Origin: a virus
Lineage: Duplodnaviria > Caudoviricetes
DNA: 55,818 nucleotides
Virus record (IMG/VR): IMGVR_UViG_3300042350_003432
Span: 1-55,818 of that record
Strand: one strand, 5' to 3'
The number at the start of each line of letters is the position of its first letter. The stretch's first letter is position 1. Shown one piece after another: positions 10,428 to 18,796 of this stretch. The position numbers and the translations under genes are program-made. Below the pieces are notes generated by a model. The model made no database searches. It was not told the DNA's origin and saw only the letters and a list, made by a program, of their open reading frames with translations.

Positions 10428-12073
10428 AGAAACTTGCTAAATAGAATTCTAAAAGCAAGTTCAGCGGTTGCAGGGACAACCCCATTCCCTAGTAAAGCTA
10501 TTTCGTCCACGATACTTGTATAACTTGTACACAATTTTTCATAGTCCAACCAATCGGAAGCCCCATCAACATTTCTACCCATCTCGGATTCAACATTTCC
10601 CGATAGTTCAATAGGTTGATCTCTTCCTGTGTTCTCTCTGATTCCGGCTTCGCTAGTGCTTGTTCTCTCATCGCTCGTAGTTCGGTGAATGTTAGTTTGT
10701 TCGATCGTAGGGCTTGCATTGCTAACATATCCATTCTTTGATTCTCTAATGCAAGATCCACAGATTCCGGCGTTAGTTTGTATGCGGTGCAATCCCCTTT
10801 CATCGGTGATTGCCAATTCATTGAATCCTTGTTCGTGTCCGATCGTAGGGCTTGAATTGGCATAGATTCTTGATGCCCGTTTTGAATGTATGTTGCTAAC
10901 GCTTCCGGAGAATAAGCAATCTGTTTGAAATCCGTCTTTTTCGGTGTTTGCCAATTCATTACTTGCTCGTTCATCGTGGCTAAGTGAACTTGCCTTGATA
11001 CTTTCGCATTCTCTCGGTCGAATATTTGATCTTCCTTGATCGGTGTTATCATTGTCACATCTAGGGCATCGCTCTTTGTTGGTGTTTGCCAGTGTTGCCC
11101 TGTCATTGTCTCTATGTGTACTTGCATCCCTAAATCTAATTGCCTGTTCTCTTCTAGTCTCTTGTTCAAGGTGTCCATCTGAAGAGGATAAATCGACCGG
11201 CGCGCTATGCTTTCCATTGGCGTTGCCCAAGTCTTTACTAAGGGTTCTTGGGGGTTCGTAGAATTGTTGTTCTCGGTCTCTACCGCTAGGCGTGCAAATG
11301 CTTGAGGATTGGATTTTTTCAGCGCTAAAAGCTGATGCAGTAATCTTTTGTAGTAAAATGGTTGCGTTGTCATTCCCATATCCGCCCTGATCATACTTAA
11401 GTTTTGATTCACATACACGCTCGCCATTACTGTTGCATGTATCCGACTTGCTTTTACCGGTGTGAAAAATGTATCGGGAAAACTCTTCAAGCCTAGACGT
11501 TTCAATATCTGTTCTTTTTCCCAAGATAAAGACTCTTTGCCTAAGATGGGGGAGGCCTGTTTCTCTCGCAGAGAATAAGCCCCAATGGCACTCGTAACCG
11601 ATTCTTTCCATTTCTCTAAGGACATGAAGCAATACGGGCGTTTCTTTGGGGTCTGTCCATTCGTCTGATTGGAGCTTTGAGCTGACAAGCCCTCGAACAT
11701 TTTCCAAGAGAACAAAGGCAGGTCTTGACTCAATGATTCCTTGTTTGATGAATGGGAATAAGTGGCGGGGGTCTGTGTCACCGTCTCTTCGTCCAGCACT
11801 TGAAAAAGGTTGACATGGGAAACCGCCAGATAAGATATCCACGCATCCACGAAATTTGCCGAATGGGAATGTTTTAAGGTTCGACCATATAGGAGCGGGC
11901 GCAATGATTCCTTTTTCCATTTTGTCAATAATGTTTTCGATTGCGTAAAGTTCGATCTCACAGTAAGCGAGGGTTCGCAGGTTTGGCAAAACTCTTGCAA
12001 GTCCAAGATCAATCCCGCCGTATCCTGTACAAAGGGAGATATGATTAAATTTTTTGGTAGTATCCACATTCAT
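10424..12073 (-). CDS. DNA (cytosine-5) methyltransferase, catalytic (alpha-like) polypeptide
   Basis: Motif I SLCTGYGG, IV GFPCQPFS, VI ENV, VIII RQRVF, X LGNGV; motif IX missing from this frame. Confidence 0.92.
   Translation of the reverse strand: MNVDTTKKFNHISLCTGYGGIDLGLARVLPNLRTLAYCEIELYAIENIIDKMEKGIIAPAPIWSNLKTFPFGKFRGCVDILSGGFPCQPFSSAGRRDGDTDPRHLFPFIKQGIIESRPAFVLLENVRGLVSSKLQSDEWTDPKETPVLLHVLREMERIGYECHWGLFSARETGLPHLRQRVFILGKRTDIETSRLEEFSRYIFHTGKSKSDTCNSNGERVCESKLKYDQGGYGNDNATILLQKITASAFSAEKIQSSSICTPSGRDREQQFYEPPRTLSKDLGNANGKHSAPVDLSSSDGHLEQETRREQAIRFRDASTHRDNDRATLANTNKERCPRCDNDNTDQGRSNIRPRECESIKASSLSHDERASNELANTEKDGFQTDCLFSGSVSNIHSKRASRIYANSSPTIGHEQGFNELAITDERGLHRIQTNAGICGSCIRESKNGYVSNASPTIEQTNIHRTTSDERTSTSEAGIRENTGRDQPIELSGNVESEMGRNVDGASDWLDYEKLCTSYTSIVDEIALLGNGVVPATAELAFRILFSKFL
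10498..12069 (-). CDS. overlapping-frame (beta-like) C5 methyltransferase polypeptide with four TRD-like repeats and motif IX
   Basis: 523-codon open frame with ATG 4 nt downstream of the alpha ATG; four W-x-[TS]-P units at exact 46-aa spacing; LNPRWVEMLMGLPIGWT is motif IX-like. Confidence 0.8.
   Translation of the reverse strand: MWILPKNLIISPFVQDTAGLILDLQEFCQTCEPSLTVRSNFTQSKTLLTKWKKESLRPLLYGRTLKHSHSANFVDAWISYLAVSHVNLFQVLDEETVTQTPATYSHSSNKESLSQDLPLFSWKMFEGLSAQSSNQTNGQTPKKRPYCFMSLEKWKESVTSAIGAYSLREKQASPILGKESLSWEKEQILKRLGLKSFPDTFFTPVKASRIHATVMASVYVNQNLSMIRADMGMTTQPFYYKRLLHQLLALKKSNPQAFARLAVETENNNSTNPQEPLVKTWATPMESIARRSIYPLQMDTLNKRLEENRQLDLGMQVHIETMTGQHWQTPTKSDALDVTMITPIKEDQIFDRENAKVSRQVHLATMNEQVMNWQTPKKTDFKQIAYSPEALATYIQNGHQESMPIQALRSDTNKDSMNWQSPMKGDCTAYKLTPESVDLALENQRMDMLAMQALRSNKLTFTELRAMREQALAKPESERTQEEINLLNYREMLNPRWVEMLMGLPIGWTMKNCVQVIQVSWTK
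10678..11229 (-). repeat. four diverged tandem 138-bp (46-codon) repeats
   Basis: Trp codons at 11229, 11091, 10953, 10815; shared strings TGCCAATTCATT (x2) and CGATCGTAGGGCTTG (x2) 138 bp apart. Confidence 0.85.
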
Positions 12074-12156
12074 TTTTTGCTTTCGTAGATTGATTAATTA
12101 GCGAATGAATTAAATATATAACAGTAACTTAGAAATAATATAAATTTGAAAAGTAA

Positions 12157-12492
12157 TTAGATGTACTTAATTTCTTTTTCTAAGCGATCTAAGATATCTT
12201 GCTTAGCCTTTAAGTAATCATTGATCGCGCTTGTGTATGCACTAAGTAATCTATAAACAGTGAGTTCAATTTCAGAAGAACCGAAGGCCCTGAACATGCC
12301 GATTTTAGAATGTTCTTTCATGCCATCCGCTTCTAAGAAGTATAAGTATTCATCGGAACTCATAACATAATTTACTGTGATTTGTGCTGTTTGTCCTTTT
12401 TCTCTTACGATCATTTGTAAGCGATCATCATTGTATTGTACTTCGTAGCCTTCGCTAATGAATAGGCAACTTGCGAACTGTAAAGAATCCAT
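12157..12492 (-). CDS. hypothetical (early-type) protein
   Basis: ORF opens at 12534, but a sigma70 promoter at 12535-12563 favours ATG 12492. Confidence 0.7.
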   Translation of the reverse strand: MDSLQFASCLFISEGYEVQYNDDRLQMIVREKGQTAQITVNYVMSSDEYLYFLEADGMKEHSKIGMFRAFGSSEIELTVYRLLSAYTSAINDYLKAKQDILDRLEKEIKYI

Positions 12493-12534
12493 GTGAAAAC
12501 TCGTTTCATAGTGGTTTTGGTTAAGGGTGAACAC

Positions 12535-12576
12535 ATACTAAATCAAGGTTTTTACTTTGTCAATAAATTTTACAAA
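12535..12576 (-). promoter_or_regulatory. sigma70-type promoter with dyad operator (copy A)
   Basis: TTGACA-17-TAGTAT; TTTGTAAA-N5-TTGACAAA dyad; 30 bp identical to 50947-50976. Confidence 0.8.
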
Positions 12577-12645
12577 GATTTATATTTTTATTTTTTACTT
12601 GAATTGCATAGTATCAAGGCAAACATGAACCAGGAGAAAAGAAAA

Positions 12646-13074
12646 ATGGACTTAAGAAACCTAGTAACAGAAGACGAAGCGATCAAGCCTCTAATCAAAA
12701 GAGAATTGCCCTTGATCATTACTTATCATGATCCAGAAGGAGAGAGGCATCAAGACACAGTGATTTCAAAAGTACCTGATGGAGACGGTAAACTATTGAT
12801 TGAACGAAAAATGGCACTTTTGGCCGCCGGCCCTTGGGAGAATTTAAGCCCGCTAGCTAAGTTAAGAATTGAGGCTATAGCCGTTTTAAGCGTGCAACTT
12901 GTGCAGCCCCCCGAATGGTTGAATAAATGGGCGGTGATTGATGATGAACTACTTTTCGATTTAAGGGAGCAACTTGGCAAGCATGCTAATTTATACTTTC
13001 GCTCAAGTGTTGGACAGGGTACGGGCGATTCGGCGGTCTCAAGAGTGGCGATTTATTCAAAAGAACTTGCCTAA
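12646..13074 (+). CDS. tail assembly chaperone
   Basis: AGGAG RBS; upstream of tape measure; acidic with PPEW motif and ...YFR near the end. Confidence 0.75.
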   Translation: MDLRNLVTEDEAIKPLIKRELPLIITYHDPEGERHQDTVISKVPDGDGKLLIERKMALLAAGPWENLSPLAKLRIEAIAVLSVQLVQPPEWLNKWAVIDDELLFDLREQLGKHANLYFRSSVGQGTGDSAVSRVAIYSKELA

Positions 13075-13282
13075 TACATACACTAGATCACAAGTAAACG
13101 TTGTTTATTCGTCCCTGTCAGAAAATGATCAATTTGAATCGTGGCTTTTATCCCTATCTGATGAAGATTATGATAAAATCCAACCTAGATACAAAGTAAA
13201 TCAAGACAAAACCATCAAGCACGAAAACAAGATCGATGATCAGTGGGAACGTGAATTTTGGCAAAAAGAAAAGGGGGAATAG
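12974..13282 (+). CDS. tail chaperone extension (probable +1 frameshift product)
   Basis: Overlaps chaperone in the +1 frame, has no good start, and ends 1 nt before the tape measure ATG; TTT-CGC at 12997-13002. Confidence 0.6.
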   Translation: MASMLIYTFAQVLDRVRAIRRSQEWRFIQKNLPNTYTRSQVNVVYSSLSENDQFESWLLSLSDEDYDKIQPRYKVNQDKTIKHENKIDDQWEREFWQKEKGE

Positions 13283-14917
13283 ATGGCAACGCAAAGAGTA
13301 GAAATTGTTGTAGATCTCAATGATCAAGCGGCCGTACAAGCCTTGAACACATTTAAAACACAGTTTCAATCAGTATCTAAAGACGCAGAAGACACACAAG
13401 AAAATTTAAAGCGTACACAAGAAACAATTCAAAAGAATGAAGAATATAGAGATTATCTAAGGCAGACAAGAGCACGAAGAGAACAAAGAGAAAGACGCGA
13501 AGAACAGCAGCACCAACAGCAGATGGCAAATGGTCAAACAACAATGATCACGCAGGCCGATCAGGCAAATAGACGACAGGCCCAGATTGAAAAAGAAAGA
13601 GTACAACAGCAACGATTAAACATACTTCAAGGGGCGGGGCGTATACTTACGGCGGGCGTCTCTACAGGTATGAACATTGCTACAAGTTCGGATGCCAGCG
13701 GTATCATTAGCGCATTAAGTAGCGGGGCGGGGCAAGGCGTCAATGCGCTTGGGGGCTTACTTAGTAATTTAGGCATGCAGAAAACCGGTTCTATTGTTCA
13801 GACAGCCGGTTCACTTGTCCCGCTCATTGGTCAAGGTATCTCTCAAGCGATAGGGCAACTCTATTCACGATATACCGAAGTAGCACAGTATGAATTGCCC
13901 AAAATGCTTGCGGGGTATAGGTTTAATGATGCATTTAGAGCAAAAGAAGCGCCTAAACTTGGCGGGGCTTATGGGTATTCTATGGCCGAATCATTGAACA
14001 ATATGAATGCTTATGCTTCCGCTTTTGGTACTAGAAGCGTTGACGCCCTCTCAACAAGTACGATCTTTTCAGATATGAGAAGCGCCGAAATGATGGGCCT
14101 TAACCCCTTAGCGATTCCCCAGTTCGCCGCTTTAGGTGGTATGGGCGGGGCAATGCAAGACGAAAGCGCAATGGCAGGGATTGCCCGCGGCGTTTTACAA
14201 TATGCAAATGATAAAAATATGTTAGGTTCACAGGCTGAAAAGTTACTAGGTGCGATCAATTCAGGAATTCAAGGGATGGCATCTAAGGGGCTTAATGTCA
14301 ATGCTGAAAAATTAACAGATTTTATCATTGGCGTATCGAATGCAGGTATCAAATCAGTACAAGGGGCGGGGGCGGTTCGTGCAATTCAAGGCATTGAGGC
14401 AATCGCGGGGCAGGCAAAGGGCGGATACTTAGGCAATTTTCAAGGTTTAGCAATGCAAGCCCTACAAGCGGAGGCCGCGGCCACAAGTGACGGTTCACCG
14501 CTTGGGATGGTTACTAAGCTTGAAGAGTTTCAAGCGGACCCAAGACAGGCAACAAATATTATCAAAAAGAGACTAGGGCAAACAGTTTCTAAACTTGCTT
14601 TAGGTGGTGCAGGTTTATCACAGGCACAAGTTAGCGCTTTATTCGGTGCAGGTAGTGGCGGACTTGGAACAAGCTTTGATCTTACGGGGCAGATTGGCGA
14701 TCAATTAGATGTCACTAAGAAGCTTAATAAATTAGAACGTGAACGAGTCGAACGCAATTTTGATTATACCAGGACCACAGAGGGGCAAGCTCAATTAGAT
14801 GCATTGTTAAAGATACAACAAGACTTAGAATTGATTATAGAGAATATAGCAACAAGCACACTATCAACAAAATTAATCGAACTTGCAAACACAATTAGCG
14901 ATTACTTTAAACCATAG
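13283..14917 (+). CDS. tape measure protein
   Basis: Helical, G/A/Q-rich, N-terminal coiled coil; between chaperones and baseplate. Confidence 0.8.
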   Translation: MATQRVEIVVDLNDQAAVQALNTFKTQFQSVSKDAEDTQENLKRTQETIQKNEEYRDYLRQTRARREQRERREEQQHQQQMANGQTTMITQADQANRRQAQIEKERVQQQRLNILQGAGRILTAGVSTGMNIATSSDASGIISALSSGAGQGVNALGGLLSNLGMQKTGSIVQTAGSLVPLIGQGISQAIGQLYSRYTEVAQYELPKMLAGYRFNDAFRAKEAPKLGGAYGYSMAESLNNMNAYASAFGTRSVDALSTSTIFSDMRSAEMMGLNPLAIPQFAALGGMGGAMQDESAMAGIARGVLQYANDKNMLGSQAEKLLGAINSGIQGMASKGLNVNAEKLTDFIIGVSNAGIKSVQGAGAVRAIQGIEAIAGQAKGGYLGNFQGLAMQALQAEAAATSDGSPLGMVTKLEEFQADPRQATNIIKKRLGQTVSKLALGGAGLSQAQVSALFGAGSGGLGTSFDLTGQIGDQLDVTKKLNKLERERVERNFDYTRTTEGQAQLDALLKIQQDLELIIENIATSTLSTKLIELANTISDYFKP

Positions 14918-14929
14918 GGAATAGTACAT

Positions 14930-16489
14930 ATGATTAAATTTGAAGTCTATTTGACACAATACAAACAAGATGAGTTTACAAGACCGGAACAATTAAACAC
15001 TGTATCAATTAGCGATTATATCACAGAAATTCAATATACATATATGATCAGAGCGCCCTATGAACAGGCAAGCATCAAGGCAAAGATGCCATTTAATGAC
15101 TTGTTTCTACAAATGGGGCGCGTTGTACAGCCACGCAATGAGGATTTACTAGAATATAAGATTATGCATGTTGACGGATGGGCTACGATCTATGAGATTG
15201 ATGATGAAAAGAACACAAGAACACTTAGATTTTTTGGCGTAGTTTCATCAATCAGTTCGGGACTTGTAGCAGATCAAAACGGCCTAAAAACTACTATTGA
15301 TCTAAATATTACTTTGAATTGTTGGTTGTCCGTCTTACAAACGCCTATTAAATTGATACTTTCAGAATATTACAACGCCCAAGGCCTAAAAGTAGATAGC
15401 GGCGCATCAAGTGAACTTGCTTATTATGGTAAACTTGACAGCATCCTAAAGAATTTTCAAGATCCTAAAGATGCGATTAAACAATGGTTCACTGTATTTG
15501 CCACATTTAAACCAGGCCCCGAGATCACAGATAAAGCGCTAAAGGATGTTATCTTTTTAACTAGAACGAACGAGTTAAAGAAATATTCAATCACAGGGCG
15601 CACGCTCACCGAAATCATATCATTTAACTTTGATACACTGTTTCCAGCTTTAAACAATTCTCTTTTGAGTTCATTGACTTCATCTTTTCAAGGTGAAATG
15701 GATAGTGTTCTTGAGTTCTTCCCATCTTATGAACAAGTGACAACTTTTGAAGGCCTTTTTTCAGATGAAGTAGAAACAGGCCCGCCAAGAACACAAGTTC
15801 AACCAGTTCTTATTTATCGCTATAGACCTTTACCAAGTGACTACATAAACGCGCCGGCATCTTCTGAAATCGTGTTGAATAAAGGTAAAGTACAAGGTGA
15901 ATTGGGTACGGGCGAACAAGGTGAAGCGCAACTAGAATTTAATAGATCAGGGGCTTCATTAACATTTACTTCTATTAAACCTAATATCTTGAAACCTATT
16001 AGAATTGACACAGTATCAAGTTTATCAATTTCATGGAATACGAACAACCGCTTGAATTTGATCAATGTATCTACAAGGGCGAGCGGCGTAAACAATATTC
16101 TAGGGACTACTACAGACTTCTTTATTGATGAAGAATCAATTAAAAAATACGGCGTGTTTTCGTATGAATCTACATATCCATTTTTCGGGGCAACTGATAA
16201 AAATGAGAACATAAGAGCTTTTGCAAAAGAATTAACTTTGTATGTTCGTTTGTTACTTGGTAGCGGTGAGACTTATGGAAATGCGCAATGTACTTCATAC
16301 TATGAACCTAATATCAAACAGGGTGAGTACGTAATAATTGGCATAGGTTATCAAAAAGACTTCCCAACAAGTTACTATATTGGCTATTGCACTCAAATCA
16401 CTCATAATCATAGAGCGCTTGCAGATGGTAGAATACAAAGATCATCAAGTTTCACACTAGAACGCTTACAAGAATATCAAGGAGGGTAG
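14930..16489 (+). CDS. baseplate hub protein
   Basis: After tape measure; SIKKYGV, IKQGEYV, Y..QITH hub-like C-terminus. Confidence 0.6.
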   Translation: MIKFEVYLTQYKQDEFTRPEQLNTVSISDYITEIQYTYMIRAPYEQASIKAKMPFNDLFLQMGRVVQPRNEDLLEYKIMHVDGWATIYEIDDEKNTRTLRFFGVVSSISSGLVADQNGLKTTIDLNITLNCWLSVLQTPIKLILSEYYNAQGLKVDSGASSELAYYGKLDSILKNFQDPKDAIKQWFTVFATFKPGPEITDKALKDVIFLTRTNELKKYSITGRTLTEIISFNFDTLFPALNNSLLSSLTSSFQGEMDSVLEFFPSYEQVTTFEGLFSDEVETGPPRTQVQPVLIYRYRPLPSDYINAPASSEIVLNKGKVQGELGTGEQGEAQLEFNRSGASLTFTSIKPNILKPIRIDTVSSLSISWNTNNRLNLINVSTRASGVNNILGTTTDFFIDEESIKKYGVFSYESTYPFFGATDKNENIRAFAKELTLYVRLLLGSGETYGNAQCTSYYEPNIKQGEYVIIGIGYQKDFPTSYYIGYCTQITHNHRALADGRIQRSSSFTLERLQEYQGG

Positions 16490-16495
16490 TAGACC

Positions 16496-17209
16496 ATGTT
16501 AAACATAAAGAAACCAGGGACAAGCACAGCACGCATACAGGGCAGCCCCTCAAAATCAAACAGCCAGCCAACAATCGGCGCTACTGTGTACAATGGTGCG
16601 GCGTCTCTCTATACGCCTATCATGGGAATCGGCGGCGGGCAATCCTTTGTTTATGCGCCCCCCGAAGATCAATCAGAAGCATTCATAGAGTACAATGATA
16701 AAATTTCAAGAGGTTTCTATGTATCTTCAGCAATTCCGAACGTATCAGACTTGCAAGAAGAGACAGACGCCCCGACCGCTGATTATGTGTACAGAGCATC
16801 AATTCAAGATGTACTTATGAAACAGGGCGATTCAGTGATTGCGGTATCAAGAAACAATGGTATTCTTTTGGATACCTCAAACACTGATCAATCAATTAGG
16901 ATTCAATTATCAGGGGCGGGCAAATTAAGAATTTCTTCAAATGGTGAAAGTGAGGATTTTGTAATAATTGCCAGTGACACAATGAACTATTTGACCGCCG
17001 AGACTCAAAAACAAGTTCTACTTGTGAACACGTTACTTGCAATCATAGAATCAATGATTGTCACACTGAACAGCATAAGCGGCGCCCCTGTAACAGGTAC
17101 AATCTTAGCGGGGCTAATAACACCAATTCAAACAATCTTAAATAATACAAATTTCTCAAATCCGCCCCCAAGTATGGTATCATCAAAAATAAAGATTCCT
17201 AGAGGATAG
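16496..17209 (+). CDS. putative baseplate spike (gpV-like)
   Basis: Follows hub; beta-strand-rich middle; position. Confidence 0.5.
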   Translation: MLNIKKPGTSTARIQGSPSKSNSQPTIGATVYNGAASLYTPIMGIGGGQSFVYAPPEDQSEAFIEYNDKISRGFYVSSAIPNVSDLQEETDAPTADYVYRASIQDVLMKQGDSVIAVSRNNGILLDTSNTDQSIRIQLSGAGKLRISSNGESEDFVIIASDTMNYLTAETQKQVLLVNTLLAIIESMIVTLNSISGAPVTGTILAGLITPIQTILNNTNFSNPPPSMVSSKIKIPRG

Positions 17210-17217
17210 GGGGCAAA

Positions 17218-18795
17218 ATGCCAAGCTCAATGCCTAAGGGCGTATCAGTACCTAAAACAGGGCGCTTAGGTACTCTATTTAAAGTGCCTATTGACTACAT
17301 AATAGAGACTAGCAAGGGCGATATGATCACGCTACCGAATAAACCTACAATGTATATGCAATCAAGGCCCAGTGCCTCACTGATTACATATACTTTGAAT
17401 TCGTATGTAAAAGAAAACACGCCCTATAGAAATACGCATATCGAACTAAGAGGTTCAAGCGGATACATGGAGCGAACCGGCTATAATAGGCAAGGTGATG
17501 TAATTTTTCAAAATGGCTTGATCATTCTAGAAGAGTTTGATCATTGGCTTAATGAGTGGCAAAAGACAGCCACGAACAAAGATTATCTAGTCTTTAGGAG
17601 CTTAAATGAAGGTTTCGCATATAAAGTAGGCGTAGAAAAATTTGAATGGTCAAGAGACGCGGACGCCTCTAAATTTTCGTATCAATGGACTTTGTCGCTT
17701 CATGCCTATGACAGCGCCCCCGAAAGCAAGTTAACACCTATCTTTTCACCAGTTACGGAGGCCGTCAAAGCGATCACAGATCAAATCGACGTTGCCAGCG
17801 CAAGCATTGCAATTCTTGACAACGCAATTCAAAACACAAATAAAGAAGTATCACAAATCATCAGAGGCCCTATTCAAGCGGTGAATCGTGTATCTTTAGC
17901 GATTAGGCAAGTAGCAAACAGCTTAGACGGGATTCTATTCCAGTTACCAAGCGCCATACTATCCGATATGGTCAACGTTTTTGGCAACCTTACGGCAGCG
18001 CTACGAACCGTAAAAGGGACAGCGCAGGGCTTACTAGGTATCAATGAGACTTTTGACCCATATCAAGATCAAATTGATGAGCTTATTAGCGAGACGCAAC
18101 AGGCGCAAAATTCGGTTATTGAATTGGCCGGCGTAACAAATCAATTGATTAGCGCCAGTACAAACAAAGAAGCTCAAGTAGAACTTGCAATCAATCAAAA
18201 CTTAGTTTCTTTATTGTACACAGTGCGAGCGGGCGAAAGCATTCGGACCATTGCGCAAAGGCAATTAAATAATGAGGGCGCATTAGGCGTAATTTTAACA
18301 CTTAATAACATGCTTGATCAATATACGTACGCAAATGGGCGCCCTTTGTTGCCAGGTGATGAAATCCTGATTCCTATTCTTGAAGGTGGCAACGCAAACG
18401 AATTTAAATTTAAACAGGATGATTACTTTTATACAGATTTACTATTAAATAATGATGGAGACCTTGAAATCAAGAACAACGATTTCAATTTGATTACTCA
18501 AGAAGATAACTTGGTTCAAGCTATAAAAAATCGTGTACTCACTGAAAAAGGAAGCGCTAGAACAATGCTTGATTATGGTTTACCTGTTCTTATTGGGGGC
18601 AATGTAAACAATCGAACAAGCGCTTTTCTATCTATGCATATCAAAGAACAATTAAACAGAGACCCCCGAATCGTGGGAGTGACACAAATTGAAATCATTG
18701 TTCAAGGTGATCAAATTGCTTTATCATGCATAGTTTCAAGTGTTCAAGGCGTCTCAATCCCTCTAATCGTACCAGTTAAAAAAGAGATAAACTAA
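17218..18795 (+). CDS. baseplate protein: tube-initiator-like N-terminus, LysM-like and gp25-like domains
   Basis: YTVRAGESIRTIA...LLPGDEILIP (LysM-like); NLVQAIKNRVLTEKG...YG...DPRI (gp25/GPW-like). Confidence 0.75.
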   Translation: MPSSMPKGVSVPKTGRLGTLFKVPIDYIIETSKGDMITLPNKPTMYMQSRPSASLITYTLNSYVKENTPYRNTHIELRGSSGYMERTGYNRQGDVIFQNGLIILEEFDHWLNEWQKTATNKDYLVFRSLNEGFAYKVGVEKFEWSRDADASKFSYQWTLSLHAYDSAPESKLTPIFSPVTEAVKAITDQIDVASASIAILDNAIQNTNKEVSQIIRGPIQAVNRVSLAIRQVANSLDGILFQLPSAILSDMVNVFGNLTAALRTVKGTAQGLLGINETFDPYQDQIDELISETQQAQNSVIELAGVTNQLISASTNKEAQVELAINQNLVSLLYTVRAGESIRTIAQRQLNNEGALGVILTLNNMLDQYTYANGRPLLPGDEILIPILEGGNANEFKFKQDDYFYTDLLLNNDGDLEIKNNDFNLITQEDNLVQAIKNRVLTEKGSARTMLDYGLPVLIGGNVNNRTSAFLSMHIKEQLNRDPRIVGVTQIEIIVQGDQIALSCIVSSVQGVSIPLIVPVKKEIN

Positions 18796-18796
18796 A

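Noticed and set aside
10678-11229. 138-bp repeats as a CRISPR array or DGR template/variable pair
   Set aside because: Units are codon-phased, diverged and coding; no reverse transcriptase in the window and no adenine-specific mismatch pattern.
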